From an uncultured Chloroflexia bacterium (GTDB lineage Bacteria > Chloroflexota > Limnocylindria > Limnocylindrales > CSP1-4): a DNA stretch of 64,000 nucleotides. The notes under the pieces are model-generated. The model was not told the origin of the DNA. It saw only the letters and a list, made by a program, of their open reading frames with translations, and made no database searches. How positions within the stretch are numbered: position 1 is the first letter of the stretch; each line of letters begins with the position of its first letter. Below are positions 18,054 through 30,724 of the stretch, in pieces. The stretch covers positions 150,820 to 214,819 of the forward strand of contig CAVTHS010000004.1 of assembly GCA_963734535.1 (NCBI GenBank), in the 5' to 3' direction. The position numbers were made by a program, and so were the translations under genes.

Positions 18054-21000
18054 ATGAGATCCAACCAGGCATTTCCGGGCCCGGGCGATCGCGATCGCCG
18101 ATGGGCGGGTCGCGAGCGCCGGGGGTTGCGTCGCGATGCCGGGCCCGATGAGCCGATCCTCGCCGAGCTGTTCAGCGTCGAGCGGCTGGAGCAGCACGCG
18201 CAGACGCTGGCAGCCGCCCAGGCGATCACCGACACGCCGCGGCAAGGACACCCCGTCGGGCCGCGCATCGCCGAGAACGGGCGCATCCTCCTGGATTCGT
18301 ATCGGATCCTGGCCCGGGCGATCAAGGATGAGCGCTCGATCACGCCGGCTGCAGAGTGGCTCGTCGACAACTTCCCGATCGTCGACGAGCAGCTCCGCGA
18401 GATCCGCGACGACCTCCCCCCGAACTACTACCGGGAGCTCCCCAAGCTGGCCGGCGGCCATCTCGAGGGGTACCCGCGCGTCCTGGGGCTCGCCTGGGCA
18501 TACATCGCGCACACGGACAGTCGCTTCGACCCGGAGAGCCTGCGACGGATGGTTCGGGCCTACCAGGCCGTGGAGCCGCTGGCGATCGGCGAGCTGTGGG
18601 CGATCGCGATCAGCCTCCGGATCCTCCTCGTCGAGAACCTCCGCCGCCAGGCGGAGGAGATCGTGCGCAGCCGCACGGCCCGTCAGCGGGCAGACGAGCT
18701 CGCGGATCGACTGCTGGGCCTCGGGCAGGCGATCGGCCCGGACACAGGGCCGACCTCGCGCCGCCTCTCGGCGGAGCTCCCGACGGCGGCCCGCGTCCAG
18801 CTCTTCCAGCGCCTTCGCGACCAGGACCCCGCGGTCACCCCCGCCGTCCAATGGCTCGAGGAGCTCCTGGCGGCCCAGGGAACCACGGCCGAGGAGATGG
18901 TCCGCCTGGAGCACCAGCGGCAGGCGACCATGAACGTCACGGTCCGCAACGTGATCATGAGCATGCGCCTCATCTCGTGGTTCGACTGGGCCCAGTTCGT
19001 CGAGAGCGTGAGCGTGGTCGATGAGGTCCTCCGGGCCCGAAGCCCGTTCGGCGAGATGGACTTCGCGACACGCGATCGCTATCGGCACGCCATCGAGGTG
19101 CTGGCGCGGGACTCGGACCTGACCGAGATCGAGGTCGCCCGGCGGGCCGTGTCGATGGCCGAGGATGAGGAGGCGGGTGCTGGAACGCGGACCGCCGCCC
19201 GCACCGCTGCCGTCCACGCCTCGCCCGGCCACCCGGCGCCCTCGGCACCAGCGGCTGTGGCGCCGGCGCCCGGGAATGCCGCGCCCGAGGAACGCGGGCA
19301 TCACCGGGACCCCGGCTACTACCTGATCTCGGACGGCCGCCTGGAGTTCGAACGAGCCCTCGGCGCTCGCGTGCCGGTACGGGTGCGGCTCCGCCGCGCC
19401 TACATCCGAACGGCGACGACGAGCTACCTCGGGACCATCGCCCTCGTCACGGCGCTCCTGCTTGCCATGCCGCTTGCGCTCTCCTGGTACGTGGGCGCGG
19501 CGGGCCTCGGCGTCCTGCTCGTCGCGTTCCTCGCGCTCGCGCCCGCATCCGACCTCGCCATCGACCTCGTCAACTGGGCGGTCACGAACGTGCTCGGCCC
19601 GAAGGCGCTCCCTCGACTCGACCTCGACGATGGCGTCCCGTCACGGCTGCGAACGCTCGTGGTCGTGCCGATGCTCCTCACGAGCGAGGCGGACGCCGAG
19701 GCGCAGGTCGGCGGCCTGGAGGTGCACTACCTCGCCAACCGGGAGGGCGACATCCGGTTCGCCCTGCTCTCGGACTGGCTCGACGCATCGACGGAGGAGG
19801 TTCCCGGCGACGACGAGCTCCTGTCGGCGGTCGCCGCCGGCATCGACCGGCTCAACGAGCGTCACGGCGAGGCGCCAGGGGGAGGCGCCCGGTTCCTGCT
19901 CTTCCACCGCAAGCGACGCTGGAACGAGGCCGAGGGCCGCTGGATCGGCTGGGAACGCAAGCGCGGCAAGCTCCACGAGCTCAACGCCCTCCTGCGCGGC
20001 TCGACGACGACCGGCATCCTGACCACCGGGCGACCCTCCTCGGTCCCGCCGAACGACGTCCGATACGTCGTCACCCTGGACGCCGACACGCGGCTGCCCC
20101 GGGGCGCCGTGGGGCAGCTGGTGGGAACGGTCGCGCATCCGCTCAACCAGGCGGTCTTCGATGCGCGCGTCGGCCGCGTGACCCGTGGCTACGGCGTGCT
20201 CCAGCCGCGGATCACCTCTACCCTCCCTGCCGAGCACGAAGGATCGGCGTTCCAGCGGATCTTCTCCGGATCGGCCGGGATCGACCCCTATGCATCCGCC
20301 GTCTCCGACGTCTACCAGGACCTGTTCGGTGAGGGGAGCTTCACCGGGAAGGGCATCTACGACCTCGACGCATTCGCCGCGGCAATGGCAAACCGGGTTC
20401 CCGAGAACGCCCTGCTGAGCCACGACCTGTTCGAGGGCGTCTTCGCCCGTGCCGGCCTGGTGACTGACATCGAGCTCTTCGACGAGTTCCCGTCGAACTA
20501 CCTGGTCTCCGCGTCCCGCCAACATCGCTGGGCACGCGGCGACTGGCAGCTCCTGCCCTGGATCCTCGGCCGGGCTCGCGACGCCACGGGCCGGCGAAGC
20601 CACGCCTCGATGCCCGGCATCGCCCGCTGGAAGATGGTGGACAACCTGCGGCGGACCCTGTCTGCCCCGTTCACGCTGGCCATGCTCGTCGCCGCCTGGA
20701 CGCTGCCCTCCGTCTCGGCGTGGGTGTGGACCGCGTTCGTCCTCGCGGCGGTGCTGGTCCCCGCTGCGCTTCCGGTCATGGGAGGGGTGCTGCCGCAGCG
20801 GAAGGGCATCTCCAAGCGCAGCCACCTGCGGGCGGTCGGAGCGGACCTCAGCCTGGCTGCGGCCCACGTCGGGCTCGGCATCACGTTCCTCACCCACCAG
20901 GCCTGGCTCATGGTCGACGCGATCGCGCGGACGCTGGCGCGCCTCTACGTCACCCGGCGAAACCTCCTCGAATGGACGACTGCAGCCCAGGCGAAGGCGA

Positions 21001-24000
21001 GCGGCGCCCTCGACGCCGCCGAGTTCTACCGGCAGATGGCGGGCGGGGTGGCGATCGCGGCGGCGGTCGCGATCCTGGTCCTCGCCGTCAAGCCCGGGGC
21101 GGCACCGATCGCGGCGCCGTTCGTGGTCCTCTGGCTGGCCGCGCCCCTCGTTGCGCGGCGCGCCAGCCAGCCACCTCCCGAGTCGGCCGCGGAGCAGCTC
21201 TCGCCTGCCGATGTCGCGTCCCTCCGCCGCATAGCGCGCCGGACGTGGCGGTTCTTCGAGGCGTTCGTCGGTCCCGGGGACCATGGCCTCCCGCCCGACA
21301 ACTTCCAGGACGACCCGCTCCCCGCCATCGCCCACCGGACCTCGCCCACGAACATCGGGATGTACCTGCTGGCGACCGTCACGGCCCGCGACTTCGGCTG
21401 GATCGGGACGCTGGAGATGGTGGAGCGACTCGAGGAGACCCTCGCGTCCATCGGCAGCCTCGAACGCTTCCGTGGCCACCTCTACAACTGGTACGACACG
21501 CGCGACCTGCACCGGCTGGAGCCCGCGTACGTCTCGTCGGTCGACAGCGGCAACCTCGCCGGCCACCTCCTGACGCTGTCGAACGCGTGCCGCCTGCTGA
21601 TCGACGAGCCGCTCCCCGTGGCAGCGGCGCTGGCCGGGATCGGCGACGCGATGGCGCTGGCCCGTGAGGCGGCGGGCGGGATCGGCGACGACCGGCGCAG
21701 CCAGACGCTCACCCGGCGGCAGCTCGACCAGGCCTTCGAGCTGCCCGATGGGGCGAGCCACGTGGTGCCCGCGACGCCCGACGACTGGGCGGCCCGCCTG
21801 GCGGAGCTCTCCGCGCACACCGCGACGCTCTCGGACGTCGCGGCCGCACTCACCGCCGAGCGTGGCGAGGGACCCGACGGTGAGCTGGTGGCGTGGGCCG
21901 AGGCAACCCAGCACGCGGTGCAGAGTCACGTCCGCGACCTGGCGCTGCTCCAACCGCCCTCCGGGGCGACGCTCGCGAGCTCCGGGCGACGACTGGCGAC
22001 CGCCTTCCCGACGATCGCCGAGCTGTCGGATCCGCCCGACGGCGAGATCGGTGCCGGATCGGACGCCGCGGTGATGCTCGTGCGACGGCTCCGGGCGATC
22101 GCCGACCAGGCGCAGCAGCTCTTCCGCGAGATGGACTTCAGCTTCCTGTTCGACCCGACCCGCAAGCTCTTCTCGATCGGGTTCCGGGTCCGCGATGGCA
22201 CGCTGGATCCGAGCTACTACGACCTGCTGGCGTCGGAGTGCCGCCTCGCCAGCTTCCTGGCGATCGCCAAGGGCGACGTCGCCCCGGACCACTGGTTCCG
22301 GCTGGGCCGCTCGCTCACGCCGGTCGGTCGTGGCTCGGCCCTCATCTCGTGGTCCGGGTCGATGTTCGAGTACCTGATGCCGGCCCTCGTGATGCGCGCG
22401 CCGGCCCTGAGCCTGCTGGACCACACCTACCGGCTGGTGGTGGCCCGCCAGATGAGCTACGCGGCGGAGCTCCGCGTGCCCTGGGGCATCTCGGAGTCGG
22501 CCTTCAATGCGCGCGACCTCGAGCAGCAGTACCAGTACTCGAGCTTCGGCGTGCCCGGCCTCGGCCTGAAGCGCGGCCTGAGCGAGGATGTCGTCGTCGC
22601 CCCGTATGCGACCGGCCTCGCCGCGATGATCCGGCCCGAGGCTGCCGTCCGGAACTTCACCCGGTTGGCGGCGGCCGGGGCGAGCGGGCAATACGGCTTC
22701 CGAGAGGCCCTGGACTTCACGGCGAGGCGAGTCCCGGAGGGCGCTTCCGTCGCGATCGTGAAGAGCTACATGGCCCATCACCAGGGGATGGCCCTCGTCG
22801 CCCTCGGCAACGTGATCAACAACCGGGCGATGGTGGAGCGCTTCCATGCGGACCCGATCGTCGAGGCGACGGAGCTCCTCCTCCAGGAGCGGATGCCGCG
22901 CGACGTCCTGGTCGCCCGGCCGCGCGCCGAGGAGGTGAAGAGCGCGGCCGACGTCCGCGACCTCGTCCCGCCGGTCCTGCGCCGGTTCACCTCGCCGCAC
23001 GACGCCATCCCGCGGACCCACGTGCTGTCCAACGGGCGCTACGCGGTCATGGTGACGGCCGCGGGATCCGGATACAGCCGCTGGGGCGACGTTGCCGTGA
23101 CCCGTTGGCGCGAGGACGTGACCCGCGACTCGTGGGGCAGCTACCTGTTCCTGCGCGACATGGACTCGGGCGCGGTCTGGTCGGCGGGCCACCAGCCGAG
23201 CTGCGCGGAGGCGGACACGTACGAGGTCATCTACGCGGAGGACCACGCCGAGATCTCGCGCCGCGACGGGTCGATCACCACCGGCCTGACGATCGTCGTG
23301 TCGGCCGAGCACGACGCGGAGATCCGGCGGGTGACGCTCACCAACCTCGGCACGCACGAGCGCCACATCGAGCTGACCTCGTACGCGGAGGTCGCCCTCG
23401 CGCCGCAGGCGGCCGACGTCGCCCACCCCGCCTTCCAGAACCTGTTCGTGCAGACCGAGTTCGTCCCGGAGATCGGCGCCCTCCTTGCGACGCGCCGTCC
23501 GAGATCGCGCGACGAGACGCCCATCTGGGCCGCCCACGTGGCGGCCGTCGAGGACGAGGCCGTGGGCGTCATCCAGTACGAGACGGATCGCGCCCGCTTC
23601 CTGGGCCGGGGCAGGTCGGTGCGCTCGCCGGTCTCGGTCATCGACGGACGCCCGCTGTCGAACACGGTCGGCGCGGTGCTGGACCCGATCTTCAGCGTCC
23701 GGTGCCGCGTCCGGCTCGCACCCGGCGCCACCGCCCACGCGATCTTCTCCACGGTCGTGGCCGCATCGCGCGACGCTGTCCTGGACCTCGCCGACAAGTA
23801 CCGGGAGGCGGCGACGTTCGAACGGGCGGCGACGCTGGCCTGGACGCAGGCGCAGGTGCAGCTCCATCACCTGGGGATCGACTCGGACGAGGCCCACCTC
23901 TTCCAGCGCCTGGCCAACCGAATCATCTTCTCCGACCCGTCGCTTCGCCCGGCCCCGGGCCTGCTGGCCGTGAACGCACGCGGAGCACCCGGGCTGTGGG

Positions 24001-27000
24001 CCCACGGGATCTCGGGCGACCTGCCCATCGTGATGGTGCGAATCGACGAGGAGGAGGATCTCGAGATCGTCCGCCAGCTCCTCCGCGCGCACGAGTACTG
24101 GCGCCTCAAGCTCATCGACGTGGACCTCGTGATCCTCAACGAGCACGGCGCCACGTACGCCGGCGAGCTCCACGACTCGCTCGAGGCGCTCGTCCGGACC
24201 AGCCAGTCCACCCTGGTCCCGGAGGGCCACCGGGGGCACGGTGGCGTGTACATCCTGCGCGGCGACCAGCTGTCCGCCGAGGATCGCGCGCTCCTCCAGG
24301 CGGCCGCGCGGGCGGTCCTGCTCAGCCGCCGGGGCACCCTCAGCGACCAGGTCATCCGCCTCGAGCGCCCGGCCGACCGGATCGCGCCGCCGCCGGCGCC
24401 ACCGGGTCCGAGGCCGCCGAGGAGCGTGGCGGCAGCGCCGCGTCCTGCGCTCGAGTTCTTCAACGGGATCGGCGGCTTCGCCGACCGCGGCCGGGAGTAC
24501 GTCGCGATCCTGGGTCCGGGCCAGTCCACCCCCGCACCGTGGCTCAACGTCATCGCGAACGAGGCCTTCGGCTTCCAGGTCTCCGAATCCGGGTCGGGCT
24601 ACACCTGGTCCGGGAACAGCCGCGAGAACCAGCTCACCCCGTGGTCCAACGACCCGGTCAGCGACCCAATCAGCGAGGCGATCTACCTCCGGGACGACGA
24701 GACGGGCGAGCTGTGGGGTCCCAGCGCCCAGCCGATCCGCCTCGAGGAATCGACGTACACCGTCCGCCACGGTGCGGGGTACAGCCGTTTCGAGCACCTG
24801 CACGACGGGATCGACCTCCATCTCGTCCAGTTCGTCCCGCTCGACGAGCCCCTGAAGGTGTCGGTGCTGACGATCGAGAACCGATCCGGGCGCCCCAGGC
24901 GGCTGTCCGTGACCGCCTATGCCGAGTGGGCGCTCGGCACCTCCCGCGGCGCCAGCGCCCCGCGCATCGTGACCGCGCTGGACCCCGAGACACGGGCGAT
25001 CCTGGTGCGCAACTCCTGGAACACCGAGTTCGCGGGCCGGGTCGCCTTCCTCGACCTCGGCGGGAGGCAGACGGCGTGGACCGCGGACCGGACCGAGTTC
25101 CTGGGCCGGAACGGCGCCCCGGACCGGCCCGCCGGCCTCGATCGCGGCTATCGGCTGCGGGGCGCCGTGGGGGCCGGCATGGACCCGTGCGCCGCGCTGC
25201 AGACCAGTTTCGAGCTCCCCAACGGGGCGCGGACCGAGGTGGTGGTGCTGCTCGGCGAAGCCGCGGCGGGCGCATCCGCGGCCGACCTGGTCCGGCGTGC
25301 GCGGGCCGCCGACCACGACGTCGACGCTGCGCGAGGTGGGGCGCTTCTGGGAGGCGGCCCAGGCCACGGTCCAGGTACGGACGCCCGAGCGCTCCATGGA
25401 CATCATGCTCAACGGCTGGCTGATCTACCAGACACTCGCCTGCCGGCTCTGGGCCAGGACGGCGTTCTACCAGGCCGGCGGCGCGTACGGGTTCCGGGAC
25501 CAGCTCCAGGACGTGATCGCCCTGGTGACCTCGAAGCGTGAGCTGGCCCGCGAGCATCTCCTGCGGGCCGCGGCCCACCAGTTCGTCGAGGGTGACGTCC
25601 AGCACTGGTGGCATCCGCCCTCCGGCCGCGGCGTCCGCACGCGCATCTCGGATGACCGGGTCTGGCTGCCCTATGCCGTCGATCGCTACCTCGCGGTCAC
25701 CGGCGACACGGCGATCCTCGACGAGACGGTCCCCTATCTCGAGGGGCCGGCCCTGCGGCCCGACCAGACCGACGCCTACTTCCAGCCGGAGATGTCATCG
25801 AAATCGGCCTCGCTGTTCGCGCACTGCGCTGCGGCGCTCGACCGGAGCCTTGCCGTCGGCGCGCATGGGCTCCCCCTCATCGGATCGGGCGACTGGAACG
25901 ACGGGATGAACCGGGTGGGCTACGAGGGCCGGGGTGAGAGCGTCTGGCTGGGCTGGTTCCTGTATACCGTCCTTGCAGCCTTCGCGCCGATCGCGGAGGC
26001 GCGCGGCGAGCGCCCCCGCGCGGATCGCTGGCGCGCCCGCATGAGGTCGCTCCGGCGGGCGCTCGAGAGCCAGGGCTGGGACGGCGACTGGTACCGCCGC
26101 GCCTACTTCGACGACGGCACGCCGCTTGGCTCGGCGATCAACGCCGAGTGCCGGATCGATTCGATCGCCCAGTCCTGGGCCGTGCTGTCGGGTGCCGCGA
26201 CGCCCGCCCACGCCGAGCGTGCGATGGCCGCGGTGGAGGAGTTCCTCGTCCGGCGCGGGGACGGCCTCGTCCTGCTGTTCACGCCGCCGTTCGACCGGTC
26301 CGATGTCGATCCCGGCTACATCAAGGGCTACCTGCCCGGCATCCGGGAGAACGGCGGCCAGTACACCCACGGTGCCATCTGGTCGGTCCTCGCATTCGCG
26401 GCGCTGGGCGACGGGGACAAGGCAGGCGAGCTCTTCTCGATCCTCAATCCCATCAACCATGCCGCAACCCGGGCCGGGGTCCATCGCTACAAGGTGGAGC
26501 CGTACGTCATGGCGGCCGACGTCTACGCCGAGCCGCCACACGTCGGGCGCGGGGGCTGGACCTGGTACACGGCCTCGGCGGGCTGGATGTACCAGGCCGG
26601 GATGGAGTGGATCCTTGGGTTCCGCCTGCGCGGGACCACGCTGGTGATCGACCCGTGCATCCCGCGAGCGTGGCCCGGCTTCGAGATCGACTTCCGCTAC
26701 CACTCGGCCCGCTACGCGATCGTGGTGCAGAACCCGCAGGGGGTCAGCCGCGGCGTTGCGTCCATCGAGCTCGACGGCGCGGCCCTGCCGGGCGGCGGCC
26801 CCGTTGTCGGCGGGGAGGCGGGCACCGCGCCGGGAGCCGGCGCGCCGGGGCTCGGCGGCGCGGCGATCCCTGTCGCCACCGCGGGCGTCGGCGGCGCGGC
26901 CGTCCCGCGTGGCGTCGCGGCAATCCCCCTCGTCGACGACGGCGCCACGCACCGGGTCCGGGTCGTGCTGGGGACGGCGCCGATCCGGGAGGCGGAGGTG

Positions 27001-27030
27001 GCCTCCGCGCTCCGGCCCGCCGGGACGTGA
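18054..27030 (+). CDS. ndvB: Cyclic beta-1,2-glucan synthase (Cgs/NdvB/ChvB type, GT84 plus C-terminal GH94); frameshift near 25320
   Basis: [62 protein letters not shown], then [40 protein letters not shown] in ORF 25297..27030. Confidence 0.93.
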
Positions 27031-27121
27031 CCGAGGATCGCGCGCCGCGATCGATGACACGGTCAGGTTCGAGCCGGTCGGCGTCAGCGAATCGGTTCGA
27101 CCCGCTACCATCGGCCGAACC

Positions 27122-27607
27122 ATGAGCGACGAATCCGCGCTTCCGGCGATGGCCGGTGTCGACATCCCGTACCGCGTGGTCCGGACCGAGATCGCGGGGA
27201 GCGCGGAGGAGAGCGCGGCGCTCCAGGGGATCGAGCTCTCGTCGCTCCTGCGGACGATCGTCGTCCGGCGCGGCGAGGGCGACTACGTCTTCGTCCTGGT
27301 GCCTGCCGGGCGGCGCTTCGACTGGCCGAAGCTGCGCGCCCACCTGGGCGTGCGCCAGCTGTCGCTTCCCGACGCGGACGAGGCGCGGGCGGTCACCGGG
27401 TACGAGCGCTACGCGATCACCCCGTTCGGCGCGGCGCGCGCCTGGCCGGTGATCGCCGACGCCACGATCCTGGAGCGCGAGATCGTGGCCATCGGCGGCG
27501 GCGCGCGGGGCGTAAACGTCCACGTCGCCGCGTCGGACCTCGTGCGCTTCCTCGACGCCGCGGTCGTGGACGTGAGCGCGCCGGACGAGACGCATAACCA
27601 GGGTTGA
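27122..27607 (+). CDS. YbaK/EbsC aminoacyl-tRNA deacylase family protein
   Basis: LLRTIVV, VTGYERYAITPFG, VAIGGGARG; TACCAT upstream. Confidence 0.88.
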   Translation: MSDESALPAMAGVDIPYRVVRTEIAGSAEESAALQGIELSSLLRTIVVRRGEGDYVFVLVPAGRRFDWPKLRAHLGVRQLSLPDADEARAVTGYERYAITPFGAARAWPVIADATILEREIVAIGGGARGVNVHVAASDLVRFLDAAVVDVSAPDETHNQG

Positions 27608-27639
27608 CCGGCGGCGCCCAGCGAGCAAACGCGAGGATG

Positions 27640-27780
27640 GCGCGCAGCCGCGCAGCTCATTACCGACAACGGGACGCCGTTCGTCGCGATCACCGCACGA
27701 TGCTCAGCCAGTTCCAGCGCAGCCTGGCCGAGCTCGCGACCCGCCACATCCGGACCCAGATCGACACTGGCAAACGCCGG
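27640..27780 (+). mobile_element. Degraded DDE transposase (IS481/IS3-like integrase core) remnant
   Basis: QLITDNGTPFVAIT, then after a frameshift RTMLSQFQRSLAELATRHIRTQIDTGK, matching the TDNG..F..L..H.R...NGK pattern. Confidence 0.65.
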
Positions 27781-27911
27781 CCGAACGCTTCGATGGCACG
27801 CTTTTCGCCGACCGCGGCTTCAGCAGCGTCCCGTCCCTCGCCGGCGTGGCCGATCTACTCGAGGTGATCCTCGCCGCCTGAGCCAGTCTCATCTCCACCG
27901 GGGAACTCTGC

Positions 27912-29057
27912 TCAGTGCACCGCCGCCCCGACGAGGCTGCCGAGCCCGAATGTGATCGCGGCCGCCAGGAGACCGAAGGCAACCTGCCGAGCCCCCGACC
28001 GGAACGCATCGGCACCGGTCACGATGGTGATCGCGACGCCGACCGCCATGAGCGCCGCGGCGCTGACGACGATGGACACGATGACCGCCGGCAGGCCGCT
28101 CGCGACGAGGAAGGGCGCCACGGGCACGATCGCACCGAGGGCGAACAGGCAGAATGACGTGCCGGCCGCGACCCAGGCGGAGCCGCCGAGCGCATCCGGG
28201 TCGATGCCGAGCTCCTCCCGGGCAAGCGTGTCGAGCGCGCGGCCGGCGTCACCTGCGACGATCGAGTGGGCCGTGGTCCGCGCCTGCTCGGCCGACAGTC
28301 CCTTGGCCTGGTAGATGAGGGCGAGCTCCTCCTCTTCCTCCTCCGGGACCTGGACGAGCTCCTGACGCTCGACCGCGATCTGATGGGCATACAGCTCACG
28401 CGCACTCTGGACCGACAGCCACTCGCCGATCGCCATCGAGAGCGCGCCGGCAAGGAGGCCTGCGAAGCCCGCGACGAGGACCGCGGCACCGCCGCCCGAG
28501 GCGCCGGCGACGCCCATTGAGAGGCTGAGGTTCGAGACCAGCCCGTCGTTGGCGCCGAGGACCGCGGCGCGCAGGGCGTTGCCGCCGCTCATCCGATGGC
28601 GCCCTTCGATCCGCGCGACGGTGCCCCCCTCGAGGCCGCGCCCGTGGGCCAGCTCGCGCAGGAGCCGGGCGTGCGACCGCTCGTCAGCGGGCATGCCCGA
28701 GGTGGCCTCGGGCTGCGCGTCGTACATCAGCTGGTCGGTCGATTCCTTCTCGGCGATCGAGGCGACGACGGCTGCCGGGCCGAACCGCCGGGCAATCCAC
28801 ATGAGGATCCTGGTCCGCCAGGACGGTCCGAGTGTCCCGGTGGCGATGCCCGCAGACTCCAGCCGCTCGCGCCAGACCCCGCCGTGGCGGGTCTCCACCT
28901 CTGCGAGCCGGCCGTACAGCTCCCGCAGGGCCGGGTTCGTCTCCGCGGCCGCCATCACCTCGTAGATGGCCGCCCCGTCGATCTCACCCTGGAGGTTCTC
29001 CCGGTAGCGGGCGATGTCCGTCGCGTCGGGCGGCCCGTCCGGTCCGCTGTCGTGCAT
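27912..29057 (-). CDS. VIT1/CCC1-family Fe/Mn transporter with an N-terminal rubrerythrin-like domain
   Basis: EIDGAAIY, ETRH, ERSH; LRAAVLGANDGLVSN, SMAIGEWLSV. Confidence 0.92.
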   Translation of the reverse strand: MHDSGPDGPPDATDIARYRENLQGEIDGAAIYEVMAAAETNPALRELYGRLAEVETRHGGVWRERLESAGIATGTLGPSWRTRILMWIARRFGPAAVVASIAEKESTDQLMYDAQPEATSGMPADERSHARLLRELAHGRGLEGGTVARIEGRHRMSGGNALRAAVLGANDGLVSNLSLSMGVAGASGGGAAVLVAGFAGLLAGALSMAIGEWLSVQSARELYAHQIAVERQELVQVPEEEEEELALIYQAKGLSAEQARTTAHSIVAGDAGRALDTLAREELGIDPDALGGSAWVAAGTSFCLFALGAIVPVAPFLVASGLPAVIVSIVVSAAALMAVGVAITIVTGADAFRSGARQVAFGLLAAAITFGLGSLVGAAVH

Positions 29058-29110
29058 CGGTTCAGCCTACACGCCGGTCGGGCGGCACCGTCAGGCCGAA
29101 ACAGGAGTGG

Positions 29111-30586
29111 TCAGGCGTTGCGTGCCTCGGGTGTTCGTCCGACGCCCGCCGTCGGCGGGCGTCGCGGCCCCGCGATCCAGAGCGCCACGGACCAGAGGCC
29201 AAGGGCGGCGAGGACCACCGGGATCAGCGCGACATAGGAGCCGGTCGTGTCGAAGGCGATCGCGCCCACGTAGACGGCCAGCGTGCCGCCGACCGGGTAG
29301 GCGACCCCCAGGAGCCCGAAGATCGACCCGAAGTTGGGCCCGCCGAATACGTCGCCGAAGGCCGCCGACCGGACCGCGATGGTCGCGCCGGTCCCAACGC
29401 CGTGCAGGAGCACCCCCGCGATCGCGAGCCCCGGCGCCGAGGCGACGAGCCCGAGCGCCGCGATGACCCCGCCGGCCACGGCGACGGCCGCCACGACGCC
29501 AACGACCCGGCGCCCGATCCGATCGGAGAGCCCTCCGCCGACGATCTGCCCGCCGACGTAGGCGAGTGACTGGAGGCCGAGCGCCGCGGCCGCCCACTCC
29601 GCGCCGAGGCCGCTCCTGATGGCGCCCGGGATGAACGCCTGGAGGACGCCCTCGTCGAATACGCCGATCGCGGCGGCCCCGGTGAAGAGGAGCCAGAAGC
29701 GCCGCGTGCGGACCACGCGCCGCACGCTGTGCGCGTGCTCGCTGCTGCCGAGCGGCGGGACCTCGAGGGCGGCCGCGACGGCGCCGGGGCCCGAGGTCTC
29801 GTGGAGGCCCGACGCGCGGGCCGCGATGCCGGCCTCCAGCGCAAGCGTCGTCGGCCGGCCGGCGCTCACGGGCTCGCCGAGGACACGTGACGGTCGCTCG
29901 ACCGCGTCCGGCCGTGGCGCCACTCGCGGGGCGGCGCCCCGCACGTCGGACGGCGCCAGGGTGCGGCGGCGCTCGGCGCGGCGAGCCGGGACCACGATCG
30001 CCGGGCCGCTGGTCATGAGCCACACGAACGCCACGCCCACCAGGCAGGTCGCAAGGAAGACGAGCGACGCCGAGCGCCAGCCCGCCGTCTGGATCAGCCC
30101 GCCGGCGATGGGCAGCGCGATCGCGACCCCGATCCCGGGCCCGGCATAGGCGATCCCCAGCGCGAGGCCCGACATCCCCGCATAGCGCCGCGCGATCGCG
30201 GTGGATGTCCCGATGAACGACAGCTGCAGCCCGAGCGCCATGAAGACCGCGTACGCCAGGATCACGAGGGAGATGTCGCGCGCGAGGTAGACGGCCAGCC
30301 AGCCCGCGGCGAGCAGCACCATGGACGCGGTCAGGAGGTCGCGGTCGGCCCATTCGTCGTATGCGCGGCCCAGGAGCGGGCTGGCGACTGCCGTCACGAC
30401 GAGGAACATGGTCCAGGGCGTGACGGCGAGCGTCCGGCTGATCCCGAACTCCTGCGCGAACGCGACGGAGATGGCCGGGAACGTGTACAGGCCGCCGTAC
30501 GCGATCGCGCCGACCGTGAACGCCCCGGCGAGCGGAAGCGATAGCCGGGTCGCGCGTTTCGCGATTGGGAGGGCCACGGCGGTCAT
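29111..30586 (-). CDS. MFS transporter (OFA/MCT-like)
   Basis: About 12 TM helices; GRAYDEW, GLALGIAYAG.GIG, GGLSDRIGRR, DVFGGPNFGSIFG. Confidence 0.9.
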   Translation of the reverse strand: MTAVALPIAKRATRLSLPLAGAFTVGAIAYGGLYTFPAISVAFAQEFGISRTLAVTPWTMFLVVTAVASPLLGRAYDEWADRDLLTASMVLLAAGWLAVYLARDISLVILAYAVFMALGLQLSFIGTSTAIARRYAGMSGLALGIAYAGPGIGVAIALPIAGGLIQTAGWRSASLVFLATCLVGVAFVWLMTSGPAIVVPARRAERRRTLAPSDVRGAAPRVAPRPDAVERPSRVLGEPVSAGRPTTLALEAGIAARASGLHETSGPGAVAAALEVPPLGSSEHAHSVRRVVRTRRFWLLFTGAAAIGVFDEGVLQAFIPGAIRSGLGAEWAAAALGLQSLAYVGGQIVGGGLSDRIGRRVVGVVAAVAVAGGVIAALGLVASAPGLAIAGVLLHGVGTGATIAVRSAAFGDVFGGPNFGSIFGLLGVAYPVGGTLAVYVGAIAFDTTGSYVALIPVVLAALGLWSVALWIAGPRRPPTAGVGRTPEARNA

Positions 30587-30724
30587 CCTACGGGAGCGGT
30601 GACGCGAGTGACTCGTCGATCGCCCGCGGCAGCTGGCAGGCCTGATCGGGTTGGGCGAGAGACCGCGCGCCGGGGCGGAGAGCGTTGATTCTCTGGTCGG
30701 GTACCGTTCCCCCGGAGGCGGCGG

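Noticed and set aside
19641-25412. 1923-aa antisense ORF and other long antisense or shadow ORFs (e.g. 33414..37196, 21893..25423)
   Set aside because: Expected stop-poor frames of high-GC coding DNA; Arg/Gly/Pro-rich with no recognisable motifs
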